Source of the DNA: Gracilinanus agilis
Taxonomy: Eukaryota
Length of the DNA: 64,000 bases
Assembly (NCBI RefSeq): GCF_016433145.1
Contig: NC_058136.1
Span: forward strand, 2,933,370-2,997,369
Reading direction: 5' to 3'
Notes under the pieces: generated by a model
Told to the model about the DNA's origin: nothing
The model's input: the letters and a program-made list of their open reading frames with translations, nothing else
Databases searched by the model: none
Shown: piece after piece, positions 37,239 through 49,801 of the stretch
Layout: the number at the start of each line of letters is the position of its first letter
Position numbering within the stretch: position 1 is the first letter of the stretch
Made by a program: the position numbers and the translations under genes

Positions 37239-37911
37239 CCTGAAGGGAAGGGGCAGGAGTGTGCTCTACCAAAATGGACAGAAAATATTCAAAGAATTTT
37301 TCTGCATGGGGAGAATCAATCATGAAGGGGCTTTTTAAGTTGAAGCAGAAAGACAACCTATGTACCCCACACAGTATGAGGATGCAGTGTATCAGAGGAA
37401 ACATGATACAGGCCTCATAAATGATATAGAATGCTAGAAAGGTAAACTAAGGTACTTCCTTAAGTCTTGGAAGGGTAAACAGACCACCTGTGGCAGTTGT
37501 GGGACAATATTACTGGCAAGCTGAGGAAAAGTGCCCAGGGGAGCTTTTGAAGCCAAACTAGCTTGAAGCCCTGGAAAATACTATCAGCCCCAGGAGGGAC
37601 TTAGTTCCAAGACAGGATTCAGAGTCAGTTAAATTGGCCAAGTCTACTAAAAGCCTGGTAAGAAGAAGATTAGATCTAAGCTATGACTGCTGAGAGCTGA
37701 GGATCATCAAAAGAGTACAAAATCATACTTGAGTATTTTTTAAAAGGTTTCCTCCATAAAATTATCTACTATGCTGTTGAATATTTCATACTTTGGGCCT
37801 TTAAAATAGTTTTATTTGGGGGAAAGGAAGTAAAAAATTATGCTAATTTCTCTTTAGTTAAGTATATACATCCTTTGCTCCCTTCAAGGCTCAGCTCAAG
37901 TGCTACCTCTT

Positions 37912-38097
37912 TTTTTTATTTAAACCCTTGTGCTTCGGTGTATTGTCTCATAGGTGGAAGATTGGTAAGGGTGGGCAATGGGGGTCAAGTGACTTGCCCA
38001 GGGTCACACAGCTGGGAAGTGGCTGAGGCCGGGTTTGAACCTAGGACCTCCTGTCTCTAGGCCTGACTCTCACTCCACTGAGCTACCCAGCTGCCCC
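37912..38097 (-). mobile_element. Very young SINE1
   Basis: CpGs intact; TSD ctcaagtgctacctctt at 37895..37911 and 38097..38113. Confidence 0.95.
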
Positions 38098-40199
38098 TCA
38101 AGTGCTACCTCTTACAGGACACTTTTATGACCTCAATGGGAAGTTCTTTCTCCCCAACTTACTTTGGTTGGAATTTGTCTAGGTTGATATGCTTGTGTGT
38201 AGTTTTTTTCTGAGCGAAACGAAAGCTTCTTGGAGGCTGGAAGAGTTTCATTTTTTGACTTTGTTTCCCCAGCACCTGGCACATAGTTGGTGTTTAATAA
38301 ATGCTTGTCAACTTGAATTGACTATCTCTGGCTAGACAGGCAACATGACATCATGAGTGGAGAGTTGGTCTTGGAGTTAGGAAAGACCTCTGTTCAAGTC
38401 CCACCTCTGAAACACACTAGCTGTGTGACCCTTGATGGGTAACTTTGGACAACTCCCAAGATTCTAAGTGGCAGTGCAGGTGCCCATCTGCACTGGGACA
38501 GGGAATTCCTCACCCAGAGCACCCTACATTGATAAAATCACAGTGTGTAATCTCTAGCTTAAGCTTTTGAGTTAGGACAATGCAAAAAAGGTGCCCTGTG
38601 CCTGCCATCAGGTGGGAGAATAATATCTAGTTGGAGATCAGTTCTGTTTTCAAGAATGCAATTCTTGAAAGGTGAATCTGTAAACCTTACCATACGTGAG
38701 GATGACAGTAATGTCACGTTTGACCAAATGCTTCCTTTTGATTGACCATCTTCAAAACAGCAACAAAAAACCTAAAGAGCAAAACCACATTTTGTGGAGG
38801 GGGAATTCATCTAGGCCATAAAATATTTCATCTGGGGATGGGGATCAAATCTCTTTGGGGAGAAGTGCAGGTTTTAACTTTAATTTAAAAAAAACTCTGC
38901 AAATGTCCAGGAAGGTGACTGGATTCCAGTGGGAAAGGGTGACCCAGGCCTGGCACATGTTTCCATCTTTCTCTGCCCCTCCCTTTTCCCTGTCCTTGGC
39001 TCTTCTCGGTCTATGGATCTACTCTTGAGCCACTCCTAATGCCCATAGGCATGGTTTTCAGTGGAGCCTGAGAGCCTGAGAATAAGATTCAGGTGGTTTG
39101 AGGTCACTGAGCATTTCAATGTTAATTACAGATACTGCTGCTCTTAGGAGATGTTTGATTTGGATGTTAGAAGGAGCACAGGGCTGAGAGATAAGAGACC
39201 TGGCTTCAAATTCCACCTGTGTCCATGGGCAGGTTTTTCAGATGATAAGGCCAGGGCCCAGGGGGAACAAATAAGAAAAGTGAATGTGTTTGAGGACCTG
39301 AAAGAGGCTATAAGAATTTTAGGTGGAAGATCACCATTCTTTTCTCCTTTCTCTTTGTATTGGGAACATCTTCAGTGTTTTTGGACCCCTTGGTTGGGTG
39401 AAAGTCAGTTCGGTTGACTGTTGGGCTGTGGTGGAAGATGAATTTTTCGCTTCTCAACTGGTGACATGGTATAAAATGCCATAATGAAGAATTGATAAAG
39501 GAAATTGTAAAGGACCCTAGAGCTAGTAGGGACCTTACAGGCCACTTAGTTCAACTTTCTCATTTTAGAGAGAAGGAAATCAAAGTAAAGGAAGACAGAA
39601 GGGGAAGTGGTTTGCCCAAGGGGTCTGGAGAGACATTGGCTATTATAGTTAGAGGCAACACTGCTTAATGGAAAGAGTGCTTAGATCACAGAACCAGAGT
39701 CTGAATCTCAGCTCTGGCATTTATTCACTATGTGACCTTGGGCAAGTCATTTAACCTGTTTAGGCCTCAGTTTCCCCATCAGTAAAATGAAGGTTGGATA
39801 AGATGATCTCTAAGATCTCTTGCTGCTCTTGAACTATGATTGTGTGAACTAAAGGGGAAGAATGTCTGTGCTCTTGCCAATATGAGCCAATTGCCACAAG
39901 TAAAAAGGCCTAGTCACACACCCTCTTTCAGGAAAAAGAAAACAAGAGACAGACAGATCTTAGTATCCCCCTCATATAGGGAAAAGACATAATCAAGAAG
40001 GCAGCAGCTGTCACCAAATGACCTGAGAGAGGGTTCCAGCTTCCTTCTCCCTTGGAGGCTACCTGCAGCAAACTTATAAAAGCAGAGCTGTTCAGGTTAC
40101 TTGGCTGGTATTTATAAAAAAGGCTCTAATATTATAGAGTTGACTGACTTCTTGGAAGGAAGAAAAGGTGAGATGTCTGTGTGACACTGAACTAAGCAG

Positions 40200-41640
40200 T
40201 GCAGCTGTGTAGTCTGGTGACCTCTGCAGCTTGCCCAATGGGCTCCTCACTGTCTTGGGAAAACTCCTTGAAAAAACTGTCTACACTCACTTCCTCTCCT
40301 TTCACTCTCTCAACCTTCTGCGGCAATCTGACTTCTGGCCTTATCATTCAACTGAAACTGCTCTCTCCAAAGTCACCAATGCTTTCTCTATTGAAAAATT
40401 CAATGGCCTGTGTTTGATTCACATCCTTGATCCCTCTGCAGCATCTGACATTGTTGACCACCTTTTCCTCCTGGATTCTCTCTCCTCTCTAGGTTTTCAT
40501 GACACTGTTCTCTCCTGGTTCTCCTCCTACCTGCATGACTGCTCCTTCTCAGTCTCCTTGGCTGATTCTCCAACCATATTGAGCACCTTCACTTTTAGCA
40601 TGGGTCCTCTTCTCTTTCCTCTCTACACTTTCTCACTTGATAACCTCATCAGGTCCCAAGGGTTTAATTACTATATCTATAGATGACTCTCAGATCTATA
40701 TATCCACCTCAATCTTCCTCCTGGGCTTTAAGTCCTACATTACCAACTGCCTATTGGACTATTTAAACTGGCTCTCCAATAGGCATCTCAAAGTCAACAT
40801 CTACATAACTGAAACTCATCATTCTTCTTAAACCTTTACTCCTTTCAAACTTCCCTGGAGCTGTCATGGGTGCCGTCATCTTTCTAACTCTTCTAGAAAC
40901 AAAACTTCTTTGTCTTCCTGGAGTCCTTACTCTCACTCACTCTACATAGCCAATCAGCTGCCAAATGTAGTCATTTCTACCCCTGATACCTCTCCAATAT
41001 GTTCCCTAATCTCTGAGCACATAGCCACCACCTAAATTTCAACCCTTATTATCTTTTATCTAGACTTATTGCAATAGCCTCCTATTTGGTCTCCTGGCCT
41101 CATCTCCCTTCCTCCAATCTTTCTTCATCTAGCTGCCAAAGTGATATGCCTAAAGCATGAATTTGACCCTGTCCCATACCCCTACAGCTTCCTATTACCT
41201 CTAGGATAAACTCTAAGCTACTCTGCCATTTTCTCTTTATAGCCTGACCCATTCTTCCCTTTCTAGTCTTCTTACATATTACTCCCCTCCAGGCACTCTA
41301 GGATTCAGTCACATTGGCCTATTCACTGTCACCCACACAATTGTCCTTCTCCCTGCCTTTGCACTGGCCCCTGTGACTGGAATGTACCTCCTCTTCCTCC
41401 CATGGACCTCTGAGATCTGGCTTCCTTCAAGACTCAGCTCAAGCTTTATCAACTTCCTACTGCCCTCAGCAGCTAGCACTTCCTCCCCAAACTTGCTTGT
41501 ACATATTATGTATACACTTGTCACCCCATTATATTGTAAGCTACTTGAGGGAAGAGACACTCACTTTTGTCTTTGTGTTCCTAGTACTTAGTGTAGTCCC
41601 TGGCCTGGCATAAGTATTTCATAGCTGTTTGCTGATGGCC
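40200..41640 (+). mobile_element. L2 LINE fragment (RT region to 3' end)
   Basis: ORF 40231..40686 gives an L2-type RT remnant (KLLEK..., QSDFWPYHSTETAL, DIVDH, VLSWFSSYL); 3' tail gtaagctacttgagggaagagac...cctagtacttag. Confidence 0.85.
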
Positions 41641-42704
41641 CCATTTCCCTGTCTCATAAATATCCTTGGGGAGAATCTGTGCAGTGGAATTTGTACCACA
41701 AATTGTTGGGAGTCTGAGCCAAAGCCCACATCAAAAGGATGAGATGGCACTGACCCTTTGTCATCAATGGCTGCTTCCTTGCAAACACCTTTGAACTCTT
41801 TCTAACACTCTGACATGAGAATATGCAGAAGTCATAGGATCTTGACAGATGGTTCTGACACAGACGGATTTTGATTAAGACCCTTCTCCTTCTCTCCCCA
41901 CCCCCTGAAAACTAGTTTTTAGGATTTCACAAATGCTATACTGAGTCAGCTTACTAATCAGCCAGCCTAGTATTTGTCTCAGAAAGTGGGGGGTTGTTTA
42001 GGGAGTGCTCCTCTCTGCCCTAGAATGACTTGCTCTGGATCAATGAATGGAGTCATGTAAACCCTCCTTGACCCCATTTATTTTCAGCAAACAGTTTTTC
42101 AACTGTAAAAGCATCTTTTCAAATGTGTTTTAATTAAAACCAAATGTATCTGTAGACATAGCTTCAAACATGTGATTCAGTGAGGAAGAAAAGCAAGCCA
42201 AGAGATGGGGTTTTATCCATGAAAGCATGGAGGAGCCAAGGGAATTGCAACAGGGAAGATATAATTTCCCCAGCTAATATTAAAAGTGCTCACGACATTC
42301 AGGGAATTGCTGTCCTCATGTTAGGAAGAGCTGGTGATCACATACAAATGGAAATTTACAGTGACTGAGAACTCATTTTCACCCTTTCTCAAACAGTTAG
42401 CTTTACCTTTGATTCAACTCCTCTGCTTTTGGCTTTACGCTCTGGTCCCTTTGGGGCTCTTGTCCTTGGGAAATCCAATCCTCCATTGCTTAAGTAGTGC
42501 CTGGTAACAAACTCCAATTAATGAGAAGAAGAAACCCAGCAACAAACACATCTGGAAAGAAATTCACTAAATAGCATTAGGGTGGGACTGAACAAGGCCC
42601 AGCCATGATGCTTCAATGTGCACACTTTGATATTGGCTGAGGGGGAGACCAGAGACAAGACGAATTTCTTAGAACTCACAACACCCACGGTTTCAAATGC
42701 TTAC

Positions 42705-42726
42705 GCATTTGTGTTCCCTGCAGCCG
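42705..42726 (-). CDS. Candidate 22-nt (or 13-nt, 42705..42717) microexon
   Basis: tttaac branch-like motif, tract cccttttttccctctc, then aag|CGGCTGCAG|GGAACACAAATGC|gtaagc. Both versions are phase 2 to 0 and bridge exons 47643 and 35423 without a stop. No homology support. Confidence 0.45.
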
Positions 42727-43487
42727 CTTTGAGAGGGAAAAAAGGGCTAAACAATTCCCAGTTAAATGAAGGAAACCCATGTCAATGTTGGGCCAAAATC
42801 AGTCCACGTTATTCAGTGCCTTTATTCCCTCTTGGGAAGGAAAGTGTTTGCTCTGTAGCAAACCCCATCAACTCCCATAAATGAGAAGCCCTTTCACATC
42901 TTGTCGGTTTTGCATAGGGATCCAGTTCATATGTTAAATAAGGTAGCTGTGTTGGCCTTTTTTCTTCATACTTAATTGATGGTATTTTAACTCCTTCACT
43001 TTTCTTACCCCACAGAATTTAAAGCTGGGAGAGACTGTAGCAATTTGAGCCTTTTTTGCCCTTGGGTTTGCAATGAGCCTGTTGCCTCAGTATCTATTGC
43101 CAAGGTGGTAATAACGAGAATATATAACTGTGCCAACACACGGAAATGAGAAAGGAAATGGGAAATGCTGGTCTAGAAGAGATGTGCCATACTTTGCATA
43201 TACCTAGATTTCTTCTGGATTCTCTTTGTAATGGGATTACAATTGATATCATATGAATTTAGATATATTGAGCTTGCTTAAAGGGACATGCACATATGGA
43301 GCGAATCACGGTGGAATCTATCAATCTATATCAGTTTATACTGTCGAAATTCTATTTCTTGGATACCACCCTCTCTTCTTGGCTGAAGCCAGAGGCAGAG
43401 GAATGGCTATGGAGCATTACATTTTACTATCATAAGTGGTTTATGGCTTGCTTATTTGGCTGAACTTTTTTTCCCCCTATCTCTTTT

Positions 43488-43687
43488 TTTAAAAAAAACC
43501 CTTACCTTCCATCTTAGAATCAATACTGTGTATTGGTTCCAAGGCAGAAGAGCGGTAAGGGCTAGGCAATGGGGGTTAAGTGACTTGCCTAGGGTCACAC
43601 AGCTAGGAAGTGTCTGAGGTCAGATTTGAACCCAGGACCCGATCTCTAGGCTTGGCTCTCAACCCACTGAGCCACCCAGCTGCCCCC
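43488..43687 (-). mobile_element. SINE1-type
   Basis: cccttaccttccatcttagaatcaatactgtg...gagccacccagctgcccc; approximate TSD cta(t/c)ctctttt. Confidence 0.9.
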
Positions 43688-43727
43688 AATCACTACCTCT
43701 TTTGAGAAATGCCTGTTCTATGTAAGG

Positions 43728-43855
43728 CAGTAGTTCTTGATCTTTTTTGGTGTCCTGGGTCTGGTGGAGCCTATGGATCCCCTTCTCAGAATAAGGATTT
43801 TAGATGCATAAAAATTAAAAGGCTCACAAAGGAAAATGATCTTGTTTTAAACTTA
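43728..43855 (+). mobile_element. Ancient hAT-Charlie-like fragment
   Basis: cagtagttcttgatc...gagcctatggatccccttctcagaataaggattttagatgcataaaa resembles old MER/Charlie ends (from memory). Confidence 0.4.
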
Positions 43856-43898
43856 GTTTTAGTTCATAGAATCTAGGTCAAGAAGACTTGTTCTAGAG

Positions 43899-44072
43899 CA
43901 ATGGTCGGCAACCTTTTTGGCTGTGAGAGCCATAAACACCTGCAGAAGGAGGAGGATGGAGGCAGAAGGAGCTGGAATATGGGGCGGGGGCTGAAGGGAC
44001 CCCTGGGGCACATCCTGGGGCTCTGCCCGGACTGGCCAGTAGGGAGGTGGAGCCATACGTTGCTGACCCCTG
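43899..44072. mobile_element. hAT MITE (174 bp)
   Basis: TIRs caatggtcggcaac / gttgctgacccctg (11 of 14 match); perfect 8-bp TSD ttctagag at 43891..43898 and 44073..44080. Confidence 0.9.
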
Positions 44073-44531
44073 TTCTAGAGGAAGGAAGGGATATATCAGA
44101 AATAATGGTGATATGGAAACAAATTACATCAATAAAAATTTAAAAATAATAAAATATATTTCTTTCGATACCACCTTTAAGAGATTTAGAAGTTTTCCAA
44201 AGAAATTTCAGGAAAGGAAAAGAGACAAACTACCAAAGAAGACCTGAGTCCAAAGGCCACGTGTGTCGTTTAGTAGCAATATGATCATGGGCAATTTTCT
44301 GGGATGATAGTCCCTGTCCTACTAAGCTCTCAGATGTTGTGAGGAGGAGCAAATAAGACAAGTTTTCTGAAAGTGCCCAAGGATCTAAAAAGGCCTTTAT
44401 AAATTCCAGGTGAATCAGGAACATTCAAGGATTTCTTCATACATATGTGTATGTATATAGAATATATATGAACAAATTGACTGTTATTGATTTTCTAAAA
44501 AGGGACTTTCAATAGTTTCTAATGTTCTTTT

Positions 44532-44714
44532 TTTTTTTAAACCCTTGTACTTCGGTGTATTGTCTTATAGATGGAAGATTGGTAAGGGTGGGCAATGGGG
44601 GTCAAGTGACTTGCCCAGGGTCACACAGCTGGGAAGTGGCTGAGGCCGGGTTTGAACCTAGGACCTCCTGTCTCTAGGCCTGACTCTCACTCCACTGAGC
44701 TACCCAGCTGCCCC
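44532..44714 (-). mobile_element. Very young SINE1
   Basis: Three substitutions versus the 37912 copy over 177 nt; TSD tctaatgttctttt at 44518..44531 and 44715..44728. Confidence 0.95.
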
Positions 44715-46365
44715 TCTAATGTTCTTTTAAAACATTTTAAATACCAATGGCCAGGAACAAATATAAATATGAAAATACTGTGTGTTTAGAGTAAAAGAAG
44801 AGGGCTTGTATACACTGCAGAGAGCTGGTGATGTGCCCAGAGCACTAACTTGATAAATATTCGAAGAGAAACAGATGAATGGGGGGGGAGCAGGGCAAGC
44901 CCAGCAATGTGTGGAACCCCAAGAGGGGCCCTGTGGGCATATCCCTAGCTCTGGAAATATCTAGTGGTGACAGTAAATTTTGCAATTAACTTGTTTGCAA
45001 CAAAATGAGAACTTCTGTTCATGAATATGGGGAATTTGTTTTTCAGGCTGAAAATAGCACCTCTTTCTTGCTGCCCTATTCATTTCAGAGAACCACAGTG
45101 TACAGGTTGTGAGTCACCAAGTGCATTCCATCTCCAAGTCTTCTAAGACTTCAGAGTATGAGTTAGCAGGTAAATGTGGTTCTTATCCAAACACCAGGAT
45201 AAGGAAGGAATGGAATAAAGTTGCTAGCACTCACACACTAAAAACACCCCTATTTTTATTTTATTGTGTCTTTTGCTCAGGCCTCTGGGATTCATTCTAT
45301 CATGTTTGGCAGTACATATCACAATACTTAGGGAAGGGGGATCTCCTTAAAGATGATAAGGTATAGTTTTAGACTTCTTGACTCCTGCCCAAGTGAATAT
45401 TGCCTTGAATGACTTGTACTCCGAGTCTCAACTTTGATCAAAATGGTAACTGGCAAGGAAGCCACAACTGGAGAAATGCTTGTCCCAACAAGTGGCAAAT
45501 ATAGATTGGCTATGTGCTTGTGCAGGAAAAGGTACCCCATATCAAAAAGTTGAAAGATTAAGGATCTGCCAATCAAGAAAAATGGCACCCCCCAAATGGT
45601 CAGGGCCTGGTAAAGATAATACATTACAACTACCCATTGCCCATTGGGAACTGGTTGGGCTCTGTGGTCACTAGGGGGAAAAGACCATCCATCATTTAGA
45701 GATCAATTGTTGGAGGTGATGGCTTCTGTAGAGGGGTTTCAACCAGTGATTTATATCAAGAGGAAAATACCCATCAATATGCTTGTTGTGGGCTGGAAAA
45801 GTCTACTTTAAGACCTCTGGCATCTGGTTTGTGTTCAGAATAGCAAACAGAAGCCAGAAGGCAGCCAGGAACTCTCTTCTCAAGTCACCTGATCAAACAT
45901 CAGTAGTCTGCCATGTGTTTCTGCTGCAAGTCACCATTAATTATTGTTCATAGGGATGGTGATGGGGTGGGATTAAAGGGAAAAATTTGCACCAAATAAT
46001 ACCCTGCTGGACCCCTTGCTACACTCTGAAAACAGCTACAAGGGAAAAAGTAAAGAGGAAGTCTTGAAGAGAACTCAGGAGAAGAGGAAGTGAGCTCATT
46101 TGTGAGCTTGCCATGCAGGAGTAAGACTCCTCTAACAAGAGTTCATCATTTTGAGATTTCATCAATTGATCATCTTGAGTCCCCTGTGTCCCAGTAAGAT
46201 GCCAGTGGGCATACCTAACTCTTTGGGAAGGTGGCCCTCAGATGCCTCAGAACAAACACTCATGCCCTGTAATCTCGTTGATATTAATTGAGGAACTCAT
46301 CACATTAAGAGACTCCATTGATCAACAAGTCCTCATATTATTTTAAATAAATTGCATATTTTCAA

Positions 46366-46605
46366 TTGTCATTCAGTTGTGTCAGATTCTTTGTGATCTC
46401 ACTGACCATAGCATGTCAATGCTGTCTGTGGGGTTTTCTTGCAAAGATATTAGAGTGGTTTTTGTCATTTCCTTCTCCAGTGGATTAAGACAAATAGAAA
46501 TGAAGTGCCTTGCCCAGGGTTACAGAGCTAGTAAGTGTCTAAGGTCATATTTGAATTTGAGTCTTCCAGGCCCAGTGCTCTATCCACTGAGCCACCTAGC
46601 TGCCT
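46366..46605 (-). mobile_element. MAR1-type CORE-SINE (RTE-like tail)
   Basis: ttgtcattcagttgtgtcagattc...gggttttcttgcaaagatattagagtgg...catttccttctccag...gagccacctagctgcc. Confidence 0.8.
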
Positions 46606-47642
46606 CTTTTTCAGTACTATAATGTAAATGATGTGTTTAATATTTGTTGCTTATGGGAAGAGATTCTTATAGAAAAAAAATGGATGCTCTAAGCATTAGT
46701 TTGAGTAGATATAAACTCATTGTAAGGGAAGTAGCCTATCATGATATGACCACAGAAGAAAGTACAGAGTTTAGTTAAACTACCTGTTTGATGTGGAAAT
46801 TGGCTTTTATAGACACTATATGAATACCTCAAATAACTGGAAACTTACAAACTACCAAGACATCATGTGCCTATTTAGCCAATTCTGATTGCTAGGAATT
46901 TGGTCTTTATATTGAGCACTTCACTTCCTGCCATTTTTACTCCTTGCTCCTGGTTCTGTCCTCTTGTGCAAATCAGAATAATTCTCACTCCTTTTCATGA
47001 CAGCCCTTCAAAATATTTAAGGACAGTTATGGGAGGACAATGGTAGAATGGAAAAAACCACTGAATATAGAGTCAGAAAATCTGAGTTCAAATTTCACCA
47101 CTGTGACTTGCTAGCAGTATCTAACCTTGGACAAGGCATATCACCTTTGGGAAACCTTCTTCTCCTGTGGAATGAGTGTTGTTGGACTAAAGCATCTCTA
47201 AAGTACATCCCAGCTCTAAATCCTTCTACCTTTTATCTCTCCAAGCTCTTCTCTCCTTCAGGCTAAAGAGTCCCAACTCCACCAAAATGACCGGGTTTTT
47301 TATCCTCTCCCTCTTCTGGTTGCCCTCTTGCATTTTAGCTTCTCAGAATGACTCCAAACATGAGGCCCTTAAAACTATTCATAATGACTTTACTGCACAG
47401 AGTAGTTTAAGGCAATCTGTAATGGAAATAACTGATTGAGTGCATCCTAGGCCATCCTAAATCCATCATTCATACAGGCCAATGGCAACACCATCAGGAG
47501 AGAAAGAAGAGTAATATACCTCACATCAAGAGTCTAGCTGCAGCCATGCCTAAGTCACATAAAATGAGAGCGCATAGCTTCACTGGGCAACAATTCCTCT
47601 GCTGTTATAATGCAGATAATACTGGAAATCAGGAGAACCAAC

Positions 47643-47758
47643 CTTGGGTAACTGTATTTTTCCTCATCACTGCTAACAATCTCTTCACTGGAGGACGAAA
47701 ATTCAGAGGCTTTTAAGAACAGTTTGATGTTATCTTTTCCCTTAAGGAAACCAGGAGT
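47643..47758 (-). CDS. Intermediate-region exon (acidic SSSSEE motif)
   Basis: tctctctttgtgcccacag|ACT ... CCA AG|gttggt; 116 nt, phase 0 to 2; TPGFLKGKDNIKLFLKASEFSSSSEEIVSSDEEKYSYP; echoes TDYSSSSEES..EE of TNIK/MAP4K4. Confidence 0.8.
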
Positions 47759-49596
47759 CTGTGGGCACAAAGAGAGACACTGAAGTTGCTGGTCTCTTGC
47801 TATTTGCTTCAGGGTAGGAAAGATTGTACAGGCTTCAAAAGTCCATTAAAAATATTTCCCACTCAAATGTAAATTCCGCTTCCCTGGACAGAGTCAATAT
47901 TTGACTAAGGATGAAATACCCAAACATAAACGTTAAGGCAAGTCTACGTGGCCTAAGTGGGGTGAGCCATCATTGATTCAGTTATTTTATGCTTGGTGGA
48001 CCTTGTTGGAAAGGAAGAAAGACTGTCTGCACAGGGTGCTCAAGGCAGTCAAGCAGATGGGGAGACAATGAGACATAATGGAAGGAAAAGGGATCAAGGG
48101 CAGAATATTAGTCCCAGCTCTGCCACTGACTCACTGAGACACTTTAGCCAAATCCCTTTCCTTCCCTTGGCCTTAGTTTCTTCCTCTGTAAAATGAGGGA
48201 ATTGGAATGGAGGGCCTATGAAGACCTTTCTAGCTCTAGAGCTAGGATCCTAAAGGTGACCTTAAGCAAGTCTTTTCTCCTTGGGCTTCAATTTTTTCCT
48301 CTGTAAAATGAAGAGGGTAGATTAGAAGGCCTTTGAGGTCTTTTTTAGCTCTAGAACTAGACAACTTCTAAGTTTCTTTCAAGTTCTAGATCTATTGAGG
48401 TACCTTGAAGCTGCTCTTTCTCACTGAAGTGAATAGTGGTGATTTCCCCTCCCTGGTTTTGCCACATTACAGTCTATATCAAGGACATGAAGGAGATCCT
48501 GAACATCTCGAAAAGCTCTCAAAAATTTCTTTTTAGCTTGAAAAAGAAATATATGCCCCACTGCACTTTCTGGGCACAGGAAAGGTTGTCACAAAAACAA
48601 ACCAAAAATAATAGGGTGTCATAACTCCAAAGATCAGGTAATCTTGGATTTATAGAAGCAAAGGACCATTTAATGGTATCTAATGTCTACTCTAGTCTTT
48701 GAGGTTAACCTAGGAAGTATTTGAGGGTTGGCTTCTAATAACAAAGTGATCCATTCTTACACACAAATATTTTCTATTGAACAGAAGAACATGGAAAGCA
48801 AAACAAAATGAGGGGCTGAGATAAGATCATCTTTAAGGTTCTTTCTGGTTTTAACCTTGGATGGGCTGATGAAGTCTTTTTTTCCATTTCAATTTTAATT
48901 GCAGATCATTCATCTCCCAGAGTAACCTAGCAATAAGTAATCTCTCTTAAAGAATTTATACTCCTTGGATAAACAAGGTTCTTTCATTGCTGCCTGCTGC
49001 AGCAAGGTGGCAGTATTCTATGGTGGGGAGAACAAGTCTCTGAACTGCTCTTTAGCAGCTGAGTGATTTCAGACAAGCCATAACCCCTCTGGGCCTCAGT
49101 TTCCTCATCTGAAAAGAATGAAGTTAATACCTTCTTCATATGGTTGTTATGGGGAAGAAGGATTCAATTTAACACTTAATTCATCCAGTGTCTGACACTT
49201 AGTAGAGGTTAATGAATGCTGGGAGGTTGATTGGGTTGGCCCCAGGGGGAAAAACTAGGAGAAACAGGGGAAAATATGAGAGAAATAGATTGTGCCTTGG
49301 TGAGAGGAATAATTTCCAAACTACTGGAGCTCTCCTGAAATGGGCTGCCTTGGAATCTTGTGAGCTCCCCATTGCTAGAAGTTTTCTACTGAAGACTAGA
49401 CAAACAATTGTTTGGGGTTATATAGAGGAAATTCCTGTTTAAATCGTTTGGGACTACATGGCCTGGGATGTCCATCCCAATTCTCAGATTTCAGTGATTT
49501 GTAGGATCACAGAATTTTGAGTAAGAAATGAGCATCTGGTCCAAACTGGTCATTTTACAGATGACAAAACTGAGGTCCAGAGAGAAGGAGTTAGAT

Positions 49597-49801
49597 CAGT
49601 GATGGGCAAACTTTTTAAAGAGGGGGCCAAAGGAAAGGAAATGATCATCTGTCAGTCTGTTTCTAAGGCAACTCTTTCGAAGTTTCATTGTATTGTATCC
49701 TACTCATTATATTCATCAGATTAAGAATAATGTCTTGAGGCCTGATAGAACATTTCAGGGGGCCCCATCTGGCCCAGGGTTCTGTAGTTTGCCAATCACT
49801 T
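49597..49801. mobile_element. hAT MITE, OposCharlie/OC1-like ends
   Basis: TIRs cagtgatgggcaaact / agtttgccaatcactt (14 of 16 match); subterminal ttttaaagagggggcca and gggggccccatctggccc; inserted in a MIR; TSD not readable. Confidence 0.75.

Noticed and set aside
44230-46270. Alternative phase 2 to 0 exon candidates near 44.3, 45.4 and 46.2 kb
   Set aside because: Weak acceptors or donors, in-frame stops in the required phase, and no motif homology.
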